Origin: Octopus bimaculoides
Taxonomy: Eukaryota
NCBI RefSeq assembly: GCF_001194135.2
Contig: NC_068997.1
Location: 10,703,195-10,767,194, forward strand
Direction of reading: 5' to 3'
DNA: 64,000 nt
A program made the position numbers and the translations under genes. Below, in pieces: positions 1 through 14,224 of the stretch (its first letter is position 1; each line of letters begins with the position of its first letter). The notes under the pieces were generated by a model. It was not told the origin of the DNA and did no database searches. It worked only from the letters and a program-made list of their open reading frames with translations.

Positions 1-632
1 AGTCTCACAAGTAACTCATTAGAAAGCCCAATATATCTAATCAAAACACTTTTTCTAACCACACGGATGAGCTACAAATAAACCCATTTCTGATAATAAT
101 CAGGGGAAAACAATTCCAGAAGTAATAATGCCACAACATTTGGTACAATTATCATGACCTTAATATGCAGGAAACCAACCAAACACTATGCTTCACCTCG
201 TGACCATCTTCAACCAAATGAATATATATCTTAACTGATAGTAATTGAGATATAATCCTTCCAAATAGGGAGCAGCTTCTCTAACCCCGGTTACGGCAAA
301 GCTCCCCATCCCGCAACTTATACTGCTTTTGAGAATCCTGATATTGGGAATCTTGTTAAATGAATGTAAAAGATTCTTCTGAAAAACTTCCAGTATATAT
401 TCAACGTCAATGGTGAGAAAGCGTTCACGAAATTTCTCTAATTTTATAGGGAATGACTTATAAGTAGTTCAAAATAAGTAGCACTTCGACGGGGTCATGA
501 CAGTAATCTAAATGATAAAAAAATATACATAGACTGCTCTTTGTATTTAGTAATGTTCTGCACTTTTGGCATCACAAATGTATAGAATATACACAGCTGC
601 ACATATATGTATGCGTGAGCAGGTACATATAT

Positions 633-634
<2 letters not shown>

Positions 635-715
<81 letters not shown>
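635..715. repeat. (CA)n microsatellite
   Basis: Directly visible. Similar (CA)/(TG) tracts at about 8304-8388, 12213-12248, 32368-32419, 51581-51900, 58880-58925 and 62895-62985. Confidence 0.95.
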
Positions 716-1831
716 GGTTTGGTAAGTTTTAACGCATATGAATAAGCACACACTCGCATATTGGTGAAAGAAAGACGATGAAATCTACGTAATCGTGTTT
801 ATAGTGTTGATAACGTAGAGCCTGTAGATATTCACACGAGATTATCCAATAGATGTCGACTTTGTAAACACAATCTCTTGTGTCTGTCTCGTTGATTAGA
901 TAAAAATAGTTTAGATGCAATCAGTAGCTTTTGATTAGATAAAACGTACTTGTAAATATCTCATAGTTAAAACCTTCGTTGATCTTAACTTGATGCAGAT
1001 ATCCAATAACTGTAAAGACTAATTTGTTTAAAAACAATATACGTCGGGACATTCGCTTTAAACAATAAACATGATTCAATATTACTGAAATGTAACTTTA
1101 TGTTAAGATATAATGTTTTTAGTTTATCTAAACTTCTCTTTGTCTTTCTTTAAATATTTTTTTTTCAGTGGGGACGTTTGTAAACATTAGAGTTAAATTT
1201 GAATTCTGTTAGTGATTTCAGTAATGAAATCTAAATTCAATTAAACAGGAATGAAATTTGATTTTTCTGATGAGGATTCTGACGCACAAATCAATAGGTC
1301 CCCTGCAGTTTGAATAACGAAGTATGTGTGATGGTCTATATTCTACACATTAAAATGTTTAGGTTTCGTATTCTACAGACTTTATAATGGTTTATCAATT
1401 TCAGTAATTCGTAAACACAATGAATGTTCGAATCCTCGTTAATCAATTTACTACAATAATTTTTCGTACCTATGATACGCTGCAATAGGTGATATCCCTG
1501 AGTGAGATATGCTTTGTCATTCTTTATATTAGATATGCCGTTATAGTGGAACATTTTCTGATGTGACCGCATAACGCTGTGTATTAACTTATTTTAACTT
1601 GGGAAGGTGATTCCACTGATTTCATGATAATCGGTGAAAGACGCACAACACATTGGCAAGAATACCAATTAAGCTGTTACATTCGATCTTAAATACTTTG
1701 TGTTTATTTTGTTTTTCTACCGAAATCACGTATACACTTCTCTGTCAGATTCACCATCGAAAATACAGTGAAACTGTAATCGGCGCAATAGAAACCTATC
1801 ACCAACAGCGGTGATAGTGGTTTCAATTTTC

Positions 1832-2029
1832 GGCACAAACCCAGTCGTTCAGAGGAGGGAGTGACTCTATTACAACGACTCCAGTACTCAAATGAAATTC
1901 CTTTTATCGACACCAAAAGGAGGAAAAGCAAATTCGACCGCAGCGGAATTTGCACACGGAACGTAAAATCAAACGAAATACCGCTAAACATATAGCACGA
2001 TGTGTGAAAGAATCTGTCAGCTCGCCATC
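1832..2029 (-). mobile_element. SINE family B copy
   Basis: GCGGAATTTGCACACGGAACG...GAAATACCGCTAA...CTGTCAGCTCGCC is the reverse complement of family B. Confidence 0.7.
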
Positions 2030-2347
2030 TTGTCAACGGCGATAACATTAAATAAATGTTAAAAAGGATGAGGAAAACAATCACGAATTACACAGTACTC
2101 CTCGCGTTTAATGTGTTAATAATATTTACCTAGAGATAAGACATAATAAGACTCACTGAATCTGGTCGTATATTCAATAAATTAGCCAATGTTGCTAGCT
2201 AATGTTTGATCCTGCCAATAACGGAACAGTGTACTATATATATATTAATAGTAATACTATGACAACGAAAGAATGAATGAGACCTCGATATTATGTAAAT
2301 AGAGGAATATGTGACAATTATTCGGTTGTCATAATAAAACTCTGAGT

Positions 2348-2693
2348 TTTAAAAGAACTTCAATAGAAGGAATTAGTAGTTTATTTTTTTAGAAGCTATT
2401 CTGGAGAGGGAGAGATATACAACGAATTAGACATAATGCAGAAAGTATAAAAGGAAAATATGAAAATAAAAATACATGTTGGATGTTAAAGTTGCTGTTC
2501 CGTTATCCAAGACATGTGTTGTGCCGAATGGGTAAAGTATCGTCTTGTACGTAACATCTAACATGTATTTTTATGTTCATATTTTCCTTTTATACTTTCT
2601 GCACCATATCTAATTTCTTGTATATCTCTCCTTCTCCAGAATACTTCTAAAAAATTGAATTGTACTAATTCCTTCTATTGTAGCTCTTTTAAC
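2348..2693. repeat. Long inverted repeat (about 141-bp arms, 63-bp spacer)
   Basis: Arms 2348-2488 and 2552-2693 are roughly 85-90% complementary by eye, with a 28-nt perfect core TGCAGAAAGTATAAAAGGAAAATATGAA. Confidence 0.9.
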
Positions 2694-4000
2694 TAGTCTC
2701 TGTTGATGGAATATCATTTAATTCCCTGAAACAGCTGAATATTAATTTTATCATTTCTGTTGCCCAATAGCAGATACCTAAAGTCAAAGACTGATACAAC
2801 GGTAAAGTGCTGGAGTAAATATGCGAAAACCTAACAGCATTTAGTCTCTTTCTTCCGATATCACGTGCCTGCTGTCCTCAGTTATAATTTTAAATCTTTC
2901 AGATGTACAAATATACCAACCATTTACTGCGTCGGTTCAATCGAATTTTTACATCTCTTTTGCTACAAACAAACCTGACATTGAACCAATACGAGATAAA
3001 AAAAAATTGAATCACAATATCTAACGAATTATGATATATTTAATATTTCTATTCTATGGTTTGTTCAGTTATAGATGCCTTTCAGCTGATGTATGAAACT
3101 TGGTAAACGAGTTTTAGTTCGGGTAATAATACTGAATAGATGCGTATATAATCTTTTCAGAAAATATAAAAGATAATCATATTAGAATCCATGGGAAAAC
3201 CAAATTAAATACAAGGGGCCATTGCTTGTAAATAGGTTAGAAACCCATTCATATATGTTTTTCAAACATTCGGTGAATCGACGGAAATTTTTCAGAAGTG
3301 GTGTAATAGTTGAATCTGCATTATTTATTATAATATATAATAATCATATTCACTCTTTATTGGACGAAATGTAATTTCTAATTTGACCTTAGTACGTTGC
3401 CAAATTTAAACCGTTACATTTCGGCCATAGTTAAAGCGAAAAGATGAGTTTGTTAATTTAATTTAATCACAGAGACACTGACTGATGCTTTTAACATTTT
3501 AAATAGCGTTAATGTCAATAGTTGATTTGGCGAAAACTCAGATGGTTTGTTTCGGAGAAGAACTATTTCTGTTCATATGAAAATGTTCGTTTTTATTCTT
3601 CTTTACCGCATTTCAGAAATGCTGGAAAGTGCCAGATTTTCCAAAGATATTTTATGTTCGAATTTGGAGTGTAGCCTAAGCATTTTCACTTATTGGCTAA
3701 GTGAAATACGAGTTTCAAATATTAAAGTTTCGCATTCGTTCATTATATTTATTGCAACTACTTAAATCCAATTTAAGTTTCTTTCAGATCCTCTCAGTAT
3801 TTTAAGTAGACATTGCCGTGTAGATGACAAGTTCGTTGGGCACCTCTGCCATTCCGGGTTCGATTTGACTCCGCAACTCACTGGAACGTGTGCTTTCCAA
3901 TTTTCTAGTTTCTTCAGGCTGATAAATTAGTTGTGAGTGTAACTTGGTAAATTACAGGAGGCTATGTATGCATATACATTTTGGAATATATGTACATATC

Positions 4001-4008
4001 TGTCTATC

Positions 4009-4061
<53 letters not shown>

Positions 4062-4097
4062 GTCCTGTCTCTGTCTATCTGTATGCATGTATGTATG

Positions 4098-4135
<38 letters not shown>
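4001..4135. repeat. (TCTA)n plus (CT)n compound microsatellite
   Basis: Directly visible. Similar tetranucleotide tracts at 16846-16936 (TCTG/TCTA), 27038-27117 (CCTA), 27955-27995 (ATGT) and 60848-60929 (ATCT). Confidence 0.95.
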
Positions 4136-5899
4136 NNNNNNNNNNNNNNNNNNNNNNNNNNNNNNNNNNNNNNNNNNNNNNNNNNNNNNNNNNNNNNNNN
4201 NNNNNNNNNNNNNNNNNNNNNNNNNNNNNNNNNNNNNNNNNNNNNNNNNNNNNNNNNNNNNNNNNNNNNNNNNNNNNNNNNNNNNNNNNNNNNNNNNNNN
4301 NNNNNNNNNNNNNNNNNNNNNNNNNNNNNNNNNNNNNNNNNNNNNNNNNNNNNNNNNNNNNNNNNNNNNNNNNNNNNNNNNNNNNNNNNNNNNNNNNNNN
4401 NNNNNNNNNNNNNNNNNNNNNNNNNNNNNNNNNNNNNNNNNNNNNNNNNNNNNNNNNNNNNNNNNNNNNNNNNNNNNNNNNNNNNNNNNNNNNNNNNNNN
4501 NNNNNNNATCTTATATATATATAAATATATATATACACACATACATATCTCTCTCATGCCCATCTCTCTCTCCACACACACACACACAAATACACATATA
4601 TATATGGTGCGCGCGCGAAGGTGTGTGCTTGTCTGTCTGTATGTCTGTGTGTAAAACGGGCGAGAAAATCTCGCAAAATGTGCTTTTCAGGCATATTCCC
4701 TTTATATATTTTCTCTGCGTAGTGTTACATATTCCGTTGCTACAAATACTGTGAAGACCTCAATTGACCCTTTAGAAAATTGTGACCAATGTTGATATTT
4801 TTTTCAGAAATTATGATTTCAAATAAACAAATCAATAAATAAATAAATAAATAAATAAATGTCTTTCAGACTTAGAAATCTCGATAGAAAGTTGAGCTGT
4901 TAATACGATTTATCGATAAGCCAACGGTTCGATAGTTGGAATCCTGTTACCAAAGGGATTATTCATAACATTGTTTTTTCCTCCCCTCATCTGTCACTCT
5001 TTCTTTCTCTCTTTCCCCTCTCTCCCCCTCTCACTCACTCTCTTTCTCTTTCTTTCTCTATGAGGCCAACATGCTGCAAAGAGTTAGCATGGAAAGATAA
5101 AATTTACCACAGAATGTAACAGGTGCATTGTACTCTTTTATTGTTTAAACAGTGATCATTTGTAATTACGTAGACTTAGAATCAAAAGTAAACAAATCAA
5201 TACTATTGAGTCCTCCTTGGCATTATCGTGTATTTAATACTTAAGAGAGAGACCACGTCGATGTATCTTTAAAATCTCTCAGTACCGTATGTAAAATTAT
5301 CAAAAGTCCTTTATCATACATTGTTGAAATTAAATCTCATAACAGGCATGGATACAGGACGTACATGATTTATATTATCCTAAAATGTATACAGGTGTTG
5401 CATCTATAGGAGATTGTGGCATTATCTATAGTTTAATTGTTGGTATATTTTACTTACACTTTCGTACATTTTGTTTATTGATAAGCCGTGTCTCTCATTT
5501 CCATGATAACACTCAGTATTTACAAGTATTTTGTTAAATGGTATTAACCGATAAAAATTATAGATATAAGCCGCAGAGTTGTATAATTTATACCTCATTT
5601 CTGCATGCAATATTCATACTTGTTTTTGCCATGTTATTAATGAGGAAAATGGCGAAAATGTGATAACAAAACTAGATGTAACTTACTTCTGCACTCCATG
5701 AACCCTTTAAAATTGTTTGCGTGCACCTGCAGTGAAAACTAAAACTTGACGTCATTCTTGCAATAAAAGAAAGAATAATCAATTTCGCGGTATACGACAA
5801 AAGTTAAACTTATTTTCAAAGTTTTGGTTTGACAATGACTCGAGTAAAATATCATTTCATGACTGTCCTTATTTCAAAGATAGATTATCACGCATAGTG

Positions 5900-6120
5900 A
5901 AGACGCGTGGCTCAGTGGTTAGGGCATTCGGCTCACGATCATAAAGGTCGTGCTTTCATTTCCCGGTGATGCATTGTGTCCTTGAGCAAGACACTTTATT
6001 TCATGTTGTCTCATTCCTCAAACTCAGTTCCTCTGAGACATGCTCTCTACTAATTAGCAGATGTAACCTTTGTGATGATTGGTAGAATTTGACTGAATAT
6101 ACCGAAGTGTAAAACCGTCA
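5900..6120 (+). mobile_element. tRNA-derived SINE head and core
   Basis: A box TGGCTCAGTGG (5908-5918), degenerate B box, core GTGTCCTTGAGCAAGACACT. Confidence 0.7.
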
Positions 6121-6129
6121 CTCTACACG

Positions 6130-6900
6130 TAAAAATTTTCGTTGCTTTTACGATCTTGAAGGAGCGATTGAGATGCGCATAAAGAAGTGTACGAGACATT
6201 ATATTATCATACTTTTAGATTTGTCTGTACAAAATGATTTGCCAACACCACACACAAGGCTGTCATTGTGCACAAGGTTGAGTGGCAGATTAAAAGCAGA
6301 ATGAACACTCCTGTCATCTGTTACCAACGTTGTTGCAATTTCAAATGAGACAGCTGCATTAGCAAGCTGCTTGAGTGAACGGACATTTTGTCAATATTAG
6401 GTTCATCAAAATGTTTTGTCTGTTCACCCAGTAGCTTCGAGAAAAACTATTCCTGCTGAATGAGGTGATGCCAATTATTTGGTCCGTCTATAAGTTTGTT
6501 TCATTTGGAACTGGAACCAAGCGTTATAAATTTTGGGGAACACACTGTTCGGATGCTGAATTTCATATCTGGTTGCACACAGAATTTATCGACTGAGATT
6601 TGCAGCTTGCAGTTTTTGTGTAAGCTTTGCCGTCCATATTGTTCGAGGTCGTTGCTAGATTATCGAGGATCAGTAGTTGGTTGTACATGGCAGATGTAAA
6701 TCCTAGCTGTTGTCTTTTTGTTAATTTAATCTTGGTGTGCATGACAGAATATATCTTCTGTTCTTGTGTGGTTATATCAATGTTGCCGAGGGCTTGATAG
6801 CAAACTAGCACAGAAAAAGATAACATAGAAACCTTTTATCATGCCTGAAAAGAGATTGCAGCCTTATCTAGTTGTGTATCACTTTCAAGAAGCGTCTTCT
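6130..6900 (-). pseudogene. Helitron RepHel PIF1-type helicase relic
   Basis: Minus strand gives GIVFLEATG*TDKTF (6410-6452; decayed Walker A, cf. FLDAPGGTGKTF), then AAVSFEIATTLVTDDRSVHSAFNLPLNL (about 6280-6357; cf. AVASSGIAATLLxGGRTAHSxFKLPL), then SLLQDRKSN. Upstream is MYNQLLIL...MDGK. Motif order is that of Helitron helicases. Confidence 0.75.
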
Positions 6901-7015
6901 TTGGCAAGATTAGCGATATTACTGCACATATATATCAAATAACTGTTACTGGAATGAGAAAGAACCGAGGAGTGTTTATTAAATATTTGAAAGTTTCTCA
7001 CTTAAAATATTGATA

Positions 7016-7484
7016 GGTGCAGGAATAGCTGTGTGGTAAGAAGTTTGCTTCTCAGCCACATGTTTCCGGGTTTAGTCCAACTGCGTGGCACCTCGGGCTA
7101 TTGTTTTCTACTCTAGCCTTGGACCGACCAGAGCTTTGTGAGTGAATTTGGTAGACGAAAACTGAAAGAAGCCTGTCGCACACACACACACACGCGCTCG
7201 CACACACGCACTCGCACACACGCACTCGGACACGCGCACATATGTTTGTGTTTGCGTATGTGTGTCTGAGAATGTCTCCCTTTCCCCCATCGCTTGATAA
7301 CCGATGTTCGTGTGTTTATGTCCCCATAACTTAGCAGTCGGTTCGGCAAAACAAACATTAAAATAAGTACTAGGCTTACAAAGAATAAATCCAGGGGTTG
7401 ATTTGTTCGACTAAAACCCTTTATGGCAGTGCTCCAGCATGGCCGCAGTCAAATGACTGAAACATGTAAAAAAATAAAAGAATG
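7016..7484 (+). mobile_element. tRNA-derived SINE, long family with internal microsatellite (family A)
   Basis: tRNA-like head GCTGTGTGGTAAG...CCGGGTTTAGTCC, internal (CA)/(TG) tract, 3' GTGCTCCAGCATGGCCGCAGTCAAATGACTGAAAC and an A-rich tail. Matches the other copies in the window. Confidence 0.85.
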
Positions 7485-7544
7485 CGTGGTTTCAACATAA
7501 CATGCAAGACTGTAAATGGATTATATTTTAAATCTGTTACCTTT

Positions 7545-7880
7545 TGTGGCACTCCGTCGGTTACGACGACGAGGGTTCCAGTTGATTCGATCAACGGAAC
7601 AGCCTGCTCGTGAAATTAACGTGCATGTGGCTGAGCACTCCGCAGATACATGTACCCTTAATGTAGTTCTCCGGGAGATTCAGCGTGACACAGAGTGTGA
7701 CCGTGCTGGGTCTTTAAAATACAGGTACAACAGAAACAAAGAAATTGTGGTGAAAGTGTACAACAACGGTCGCCACCCCACTTGCCGGAGCCTCGTGGAG
7801 TTTTAGGTATCTTCGCCCAATAAACCATGATCCTACGACTACGAGTCCTCTGCCATAACCCCTGGGCCATTGCACCTCCA
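7545..7880 (-). mobile_element. tRNA-derived SINE (third family); B box apparently deleted
   Basis: Minus head GGAGGTGCAATGGCCCAGGGGTTA (A-box-like) has no B box after it. GC-rich body ends CTCGTCGTCGTAACCGACGGAGTGCCAC. Confidence 0.7.
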
Positions 7881-8299
7881 CACGTTACCCTTACATGTGT
7901 TTATACTTTAAACATTTTACACTCTATGAATAGGACTAATTCATTTATAAACTTAGAAATGTAATAAAACATTGAAGTTTACAGAGTACAATTTATTGAG
8001 CATGAACCGGAATATAAACAAATTTTAATAGAAAACATTAAAAATATATATTGTTTTCTATCTTCCATGACATTTGAAATCGTCTAGTAATCTTCAAAGA
8101 TATGGTTTCTTTAAATGTGAACTTTTTAATAACGATTGCTTTCCAGATATACTTTTCTCTGTCTTTCTGCTGTCTTTCTCATCCATCCATCCAAATATAT
8201 GCCTGTCCTCACACCTATATTTGGCCTTCAGAACTGGCCACTACAAGAACTCATTGAAATAGGTGTTCGAACTTGTAACCTGCTCAGTGTTACAAGAAA

Positions 8300-8391
<92 letters not shown>

Positions 8392-8737
8392 GCGCGCACA
8401 CAAACACACTCCCACAAACATTAACTCTATCACCAAACGATATAAACAACTGTCTCACTGAAGAACTCCTATATAATTTCTGTCTATGAAATTTCGTTCA
8501 TAGGGCTTTGATTAACCCATAGTGATGGTATATGCACGTATTGGATGCGAGGATTGGATTAATGACATTCCATGCATTTCTGAAAGTTGTAGTATAATTA
8601 GAGAAGAAACATATCTTATGTTGAGGCAGTGTTTTAGCTTCCTCTTTACAAGCATTTATCCCTATCAATTGATCAACTTTTTAATCGTAATTTAAGAATT
8701 AGAAATAAGCCACATATCTATATGCTATATATTTGTG

Positions 8738-8779
<42 letters not shown>

Positions 8780-11700
8780 TTCTCCATTGTCTTAACTATG
8801 TTTAATAAAATTGTCGAATGTGCAAAGCTCAATTAATTAATTCAGCATGGAATACACTTGGGATTTCATTGCGCATTAATTATAAGAAAAGCGACGGTAA
8901 CAGCTCATTATTCTGAAATCGATTAAAATAACGAGGAAAATAATATCGAAGTTCAATAAAGTATATTCAAATTCGAATGTAAATACAATTCGCCATAACA
9001 CCATATATAATTTTTGTATTTCTAAAATCAACAGAACTTAAAATTACACGCAAATATATTTGTCTAAAAGTAGCATATGCCAATAATTTTAAACTATTAA
9101 CCAAATTATTCCTATATACACAATCACATGAAAATCCATCGATAAGTTTTAAACTATAGATCTGATTATTTACATATGGCGAAACAGCCCCAAAATACAC
9201 TCGCACTTAATTTCAATTATTGATAAAATTGTTTACTCCTATATTTATGATGTGTAGATCACTATGTAAGCATATATAAAACCTTTTAGAAACTAAGTTA
9301 ACTATGAAATAACTTCTGTATGAAAACAAATAAATTTGCTTCATAACTATGAAATAATTTTCTCAGGAAATTTTTTGTTTGTTTGTTTCCGATGTTCTAT
9401 TATAAAATTGTTTGGTAGTTTATACCAGATTCTAATCATTTATTCTCTGCAAACAGTTAAATATATTTTAGTTTGCAAGAGCGAATATAAATCAATAATC
9501 AATTTTACCTTTGAAGTGACTACTAAATATTACAGTCGGGCTGTTGAAAAATCTGTTTAAACTGATAGCGTATAATGAATGCGAAGTATTGTGAAAGCTG
9601 ATAGTAGTGTTGTATAGAAAATCGAATAAATATTTTCATGACTGAATACTTTAACAAAATATTTCATTCATTTATTCATAACGGGAACTTTTTTCTTTCA
9701 GGAAAGTAATATATCTCGAGAAATAAACCGTATTCAATATATAAGTGGAACATAGCTTTAAAGTGCAATGCTCCATTTGCTAACATTGTTTGGTAGTATC
9801 CAGCCTTGAATGCTTTGCAAATTTGTGATTTACTTACTGGTTACCAAAAGCGAAAGAAATTGAAGCTGAGCAAAGAAACAAAGTATATAACAGCCACAGG
9901 GTCAACAATATTCTGTAACCAGCGTTTCACTGATTTAGCGACCAAGGCAGTGAAATTCCAATGGTTCTTTCCATCTTGTCTTAATAGGTAGGTAGAAGTT
10001 ATCGAATGACAGGACAACTGGTTCGAATGTTTTCATAAGAATTGACACCACTAAGGACTCCCAAGCTAGGTAATGATGTCTAGGCGGCTAATAGATTAAG
10101 TTTAAAAAACTTAAATGTAGATATAGTACAAGGGAGAACAAAATATAATTATTTTATGTTGCGAAAGAGAAATAACTGCCGCATAGTTCATATTGATATC
10201 GATTCTCAAACTGATATTATTGAACTTTTAAAGAACTTACCCATGTTATTCTACATATATTTCACACATCAACTAAAGAGAACTATTGACAAAGACCAAG
10301 TCAATCTGTTGTTAAGAAGAAATGTTCTTTAAATTGCATTAAGTAAAACAGAATGTTTTACTTTTAATGTTATAAAGGATATTTTTTATTCTTATGCACA
10401 TGTCAGTGATGGCATTTAAAATAAGTTATTTGCTTCTACTTCTTCAAAAATTCCATTTAGTCTCTTATTAACCTCCATTCGATCGTTTTGTCCGGCGGCT
10501 AAATCTTATTAAGCTTGCACGGAGATCAGTGACAGATAGCATAAAGTTTCCAGTTGAAAAGTAAAAAAGGACAAGCAACCTTTAAACATAAAATTGTACC
10601 AGAGTCCTAAGAGACTAGTGATGATCGGCATGGGCAAATAGCATAACAGCTTCACAAACTGGAGTTAGTTATTTCGCTGTGCGGAAGAGGCAAAACACCG
10701 GAGAAAAACTCTTCATTGGGGAGAAGGATTCGGGCAGAAACATTATTCTTTTCTTCTCCATTGTAAAATCATTCATTCATTCCATTTTGCGAACATGAAT
10801 GCATGGTTTGGTTCTCAATAAAGAACCAATGATATTTTATATGCTACGTGTAGTTATTAAGCTTGCTTTTTGTATCTTTTTGTCGAATATATTCTATCAT
10901 TCCTAGTTGTAACCATCTTGCTACTATTGTAAGTATGTTTCCTCAAAGTTTAAAACCTACGTGATGTTTATTTAAAAAATGACAGTAAAGTTTCTTTACT
11001 TTGATTTAGTTGCCACAGTAGACAAGTTCACTAATTTTAGAGATGGTCTGTTTTACTTCCTCGTTGGTTGGTTGTTATCTTTGCATTTTCATTTTATTGA
11101 TTCTATTTTCTAACTTAAACGCCAGAATACCGTGCATGGTTCACACTAAAATATCGACTTAAACTGAATAACAGAAAGTATATCTTGCAAGGAAAGTCTA
11201 CAAATTTACTGACAACGGTAATCAAAAACAATTATAGTCACTATAATCATAGAGATATTTTAGTTTATCATAGCATACACAATCTTATTTAGAAATTTAG
11301 AAGCATGAAGTTTAACACAATTTTTCCAGTTTAAGATGTATTTGAAAATGAACAGAGAGACGTTATCAGTTTATACTTAAATGGTACAATTCAATGCTTA
11401 TGATAAGCAGAAACTAGTGCGACCAACACTTTGTGTTTACAAACTCTGTATCTTTAACTATTTGCAGTCATCCAATCTAATTTATTTTCGAACAGGGCAA
11501 CGACGATCGAAAGAAAGAAAATCACATCTTCGACATACTCTTTTGATTATAGCTGACTTGAGCTTTAAATGGATAAATAGGTTTAGGAAGTAAGCAGAAA
11601 TGCCGTTTGAAATATTGCCAAGATGTTAAATGGCGTAAAATGACAATTGCTATGAAATACCGCCATGTTATTGTTCTTAAACAGTCGCAGGTGAAAATTT

Positions 11701-12212
11701 CACTCTTGTAATCTGTAAAGTGAAATGGTCGTACCTTTGCATTGATAATCAAATCTAACGCTAATCAAGTTTTACTTTCAAGATAATAACCAACCAAACA
11801 GTTTTATTTTAATTCGAACTCGTAATAACTACTTATTGTGGAGTGGTTCCCTAAAATTTTAAAGCATAATAAAGCATTGTATTGTATTTTTTTTACATCG
11901 TTGGAAAAATTACTTAGTAGCCTAAACAACACTTAACGAAATTTGTATTACAATGATATAATGTTTATGGAAATGTTGTTTGGACTTTTATTATACTATT
12001 GACATCTCATCTCTTATATTATACAAGTTTTATTTATTATTATGCAAAAAGTAGTCGACTTTAGAGGTGAAGTATCTCGTCTTGCATTAAAGATTACACA
12101 TTAGAAAAAGCTGCCAAATAAATCTAATTATATATANNNNNNNNNNNNNNNNNNNNNNNNNNNNNNNNNNNNNNNNNNNNNNNNNNNNNNNNNNNNNNNN
12201 NNNNNNNNNNNN

Positions 12213-12251
<39 letters not shown>

Positions 12252-14104
12252 GTGTTTGTGTGTTTGTGTGTGCATGTATATGCGTGCGTACGTGTTTCGT
12301 GTTTTCCTCTTAAAAATCTATTATAAACATTTGTCTAAATCTATGGAAATTCCTCCCAATATAGAATTTGTTCCCAAATTGTAATAAAACAAACTTTAGT
12401 TACTTTTAGAGCCGAACAATCAATGCAGATTTTATCTGCTTACTACTGGCTGTTCTATATTAATCTGGCTAGTAGGTGTGGATTAGTTAAAGCCGGATTC
12501 CTATGAATTTTTTGTCTGCTGTTACTAGAACATAGATACATTATGTCAGAAAACACATGACAAATATATTATGTTGGAGTGATAAAGAAATATATCAGAA
12601 TTATAGCTTTCAAAAAATTCTCACGCAGACGAGAGAGCAGATAAAATAAGTAGTCACTATATTTCGTATTCAAAATTAAATGCTATTGACATAACACAGA
12701 AAAGCTTTGAGCACTGTTGAATACTAAAACATTGTTACATTGTACTTGAATGTATTTTCCCGTAGCGAAAATGTATATCTGTAAATCATATACTTATAAA
12801 ACTTGTAACTTTCAACAATCTGATTCTAATATGAATGTATTACTCTAACCTGCTGTTACTATATTCTAGACATTGTAAGCTGCATAAAAGTGTAGTTGAC
12901 ATTTTTATATGACTTAGCCAGAAGAGGATGAGCAAAGCCCGTGATATTTGCAGAACCTGAGATTGATGGGTTTCCTCATAGCCAAATTCTTAAACATCCA
13001 ATCATCCATGCGCTTTAAATCATTTGTTAATCATCGTCCCATTGAATTTGTTCCACGAAAGCCTTATGACTCTTTAGGAAATGATGATTGTCTATTACTT
13101 GGAGAAGAAATTGATGCAGAAAGTGAAGTGCTAAGACTGAATATTGCAGGAATAAATACAAGAAGGGTTAAGATAGTTAAGAACTGGAGCCCGGAGTCGG
13201 AGATGAATTATATGTGACGAGAAGTGAAGTTACAAGTGTTTTAGGTTGCATTGAATAGGCTGTGGTCCGAGGAGAAGAATCGATAGAAAACTAAGTAGAA
13301 AAGGCAGTTGAAGCATTCAACTTCTCTGTGGGATGGAAGTTATACTGCATATTGATCTGTGGCTCCATGCTAATCAGTCGGTTGTTTTTTTAATGCAGTA
13401 CTGGATATTCGTACTTTAAGCAGTAGCACAGTCTCAAATTTGGAGGCAGTATTTCAACGCAAATATTATATGGTTTAGCACTGAAAACAAGCTATATTTG
13501 TGGAATCCATACTACTAAAATTGCAATATTAATCGAAATCCCTAACTTTTTGGAAACAATCTTAAATAGTAATATACATGAAGAATACAAGCTTACTCTT
13601 ATTAATTCATGATTATCTTTATGTTATTATAAGTATTGTATTGTGTTAAGACTAAGGACAAAAGCCTTGCATGTTTTTGATTGGAGTTATAATTTTATTT
13701 GAAATTTTTCCAAAAGAACTTTAGTGATAAATGTTAGCCCCACATTCAGGAGATAATTGTAGGGGTAGAATCAGCCCCAGTGTATTCTAAACATGACCGT
13801 ATCATCTTTTCAAGCACAGTTTATTTCCGATCACATTTCCCAGCACATCTTTATCATTTAGAGTGGACCGTGATTTGAGAGGAATGTGACTGTTCCTTCT
13901 GGTAGGTCAGACGACTGCATAAGGCTTTAAAGTAGCATCGACTAGGAATTGAAATTGCATCTAATTCTCGGTTTGATGGGAACATTTTTTCTATTTCCCT
14001 CGCTCCGTAGTACTTACAGCGAATCTTATTTAACAGTGTGTTGGCCAAAAAGTCAGTTCACTTTTTAAGCGAAAATTGATTTCAAGTTTCAGCATAAGGC
14101 TAGC

Positions 14105-14200
14105 ACTTTTGGGGAGGGTTTAAGTCGATTACATCGACCCAAGTATTCAGCTAGTATCTATTTTCATCGAAACCGAACTGACGAAAGGCAAAGTCGACCC
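14105..14200 (-). mobile_element. SINE family B fragment inside the mariner relic
   Basis: TAAGTCGATTACATCGACCC...GAAAGGCAAAGTCGACC lies between the left TIR and the transposase remnant. Confidence 0.7.
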
Positions 14201-14224
14201 CAAACACAAAGCGGTTTATTAAAT

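Noticed and set aside
1-480. Possible retroelement coding relic at the window start
   Set aside because: No recognisable motif in the frames I translated.
1267-1300. CTGATGA followed by a small stem (similar partial hits at about 26977 minus and 35680 minus)
   Set aside because: No GAAA after the stem and no helix I or III.
5900-5970. tRNA-like heads here and at 38960-39027 and 57660-57735 as tRNA genes
   Set aside because: A and B boxes are present but no cloverleaf or acceptor stem; each continues into a SINE body.
12900-13400. Possible decayed LINE endonuclease (minus-strand SDHSL) and the 89-aa plus ORF
   Set aside because: One short motif only; no second motif could be placed in register.
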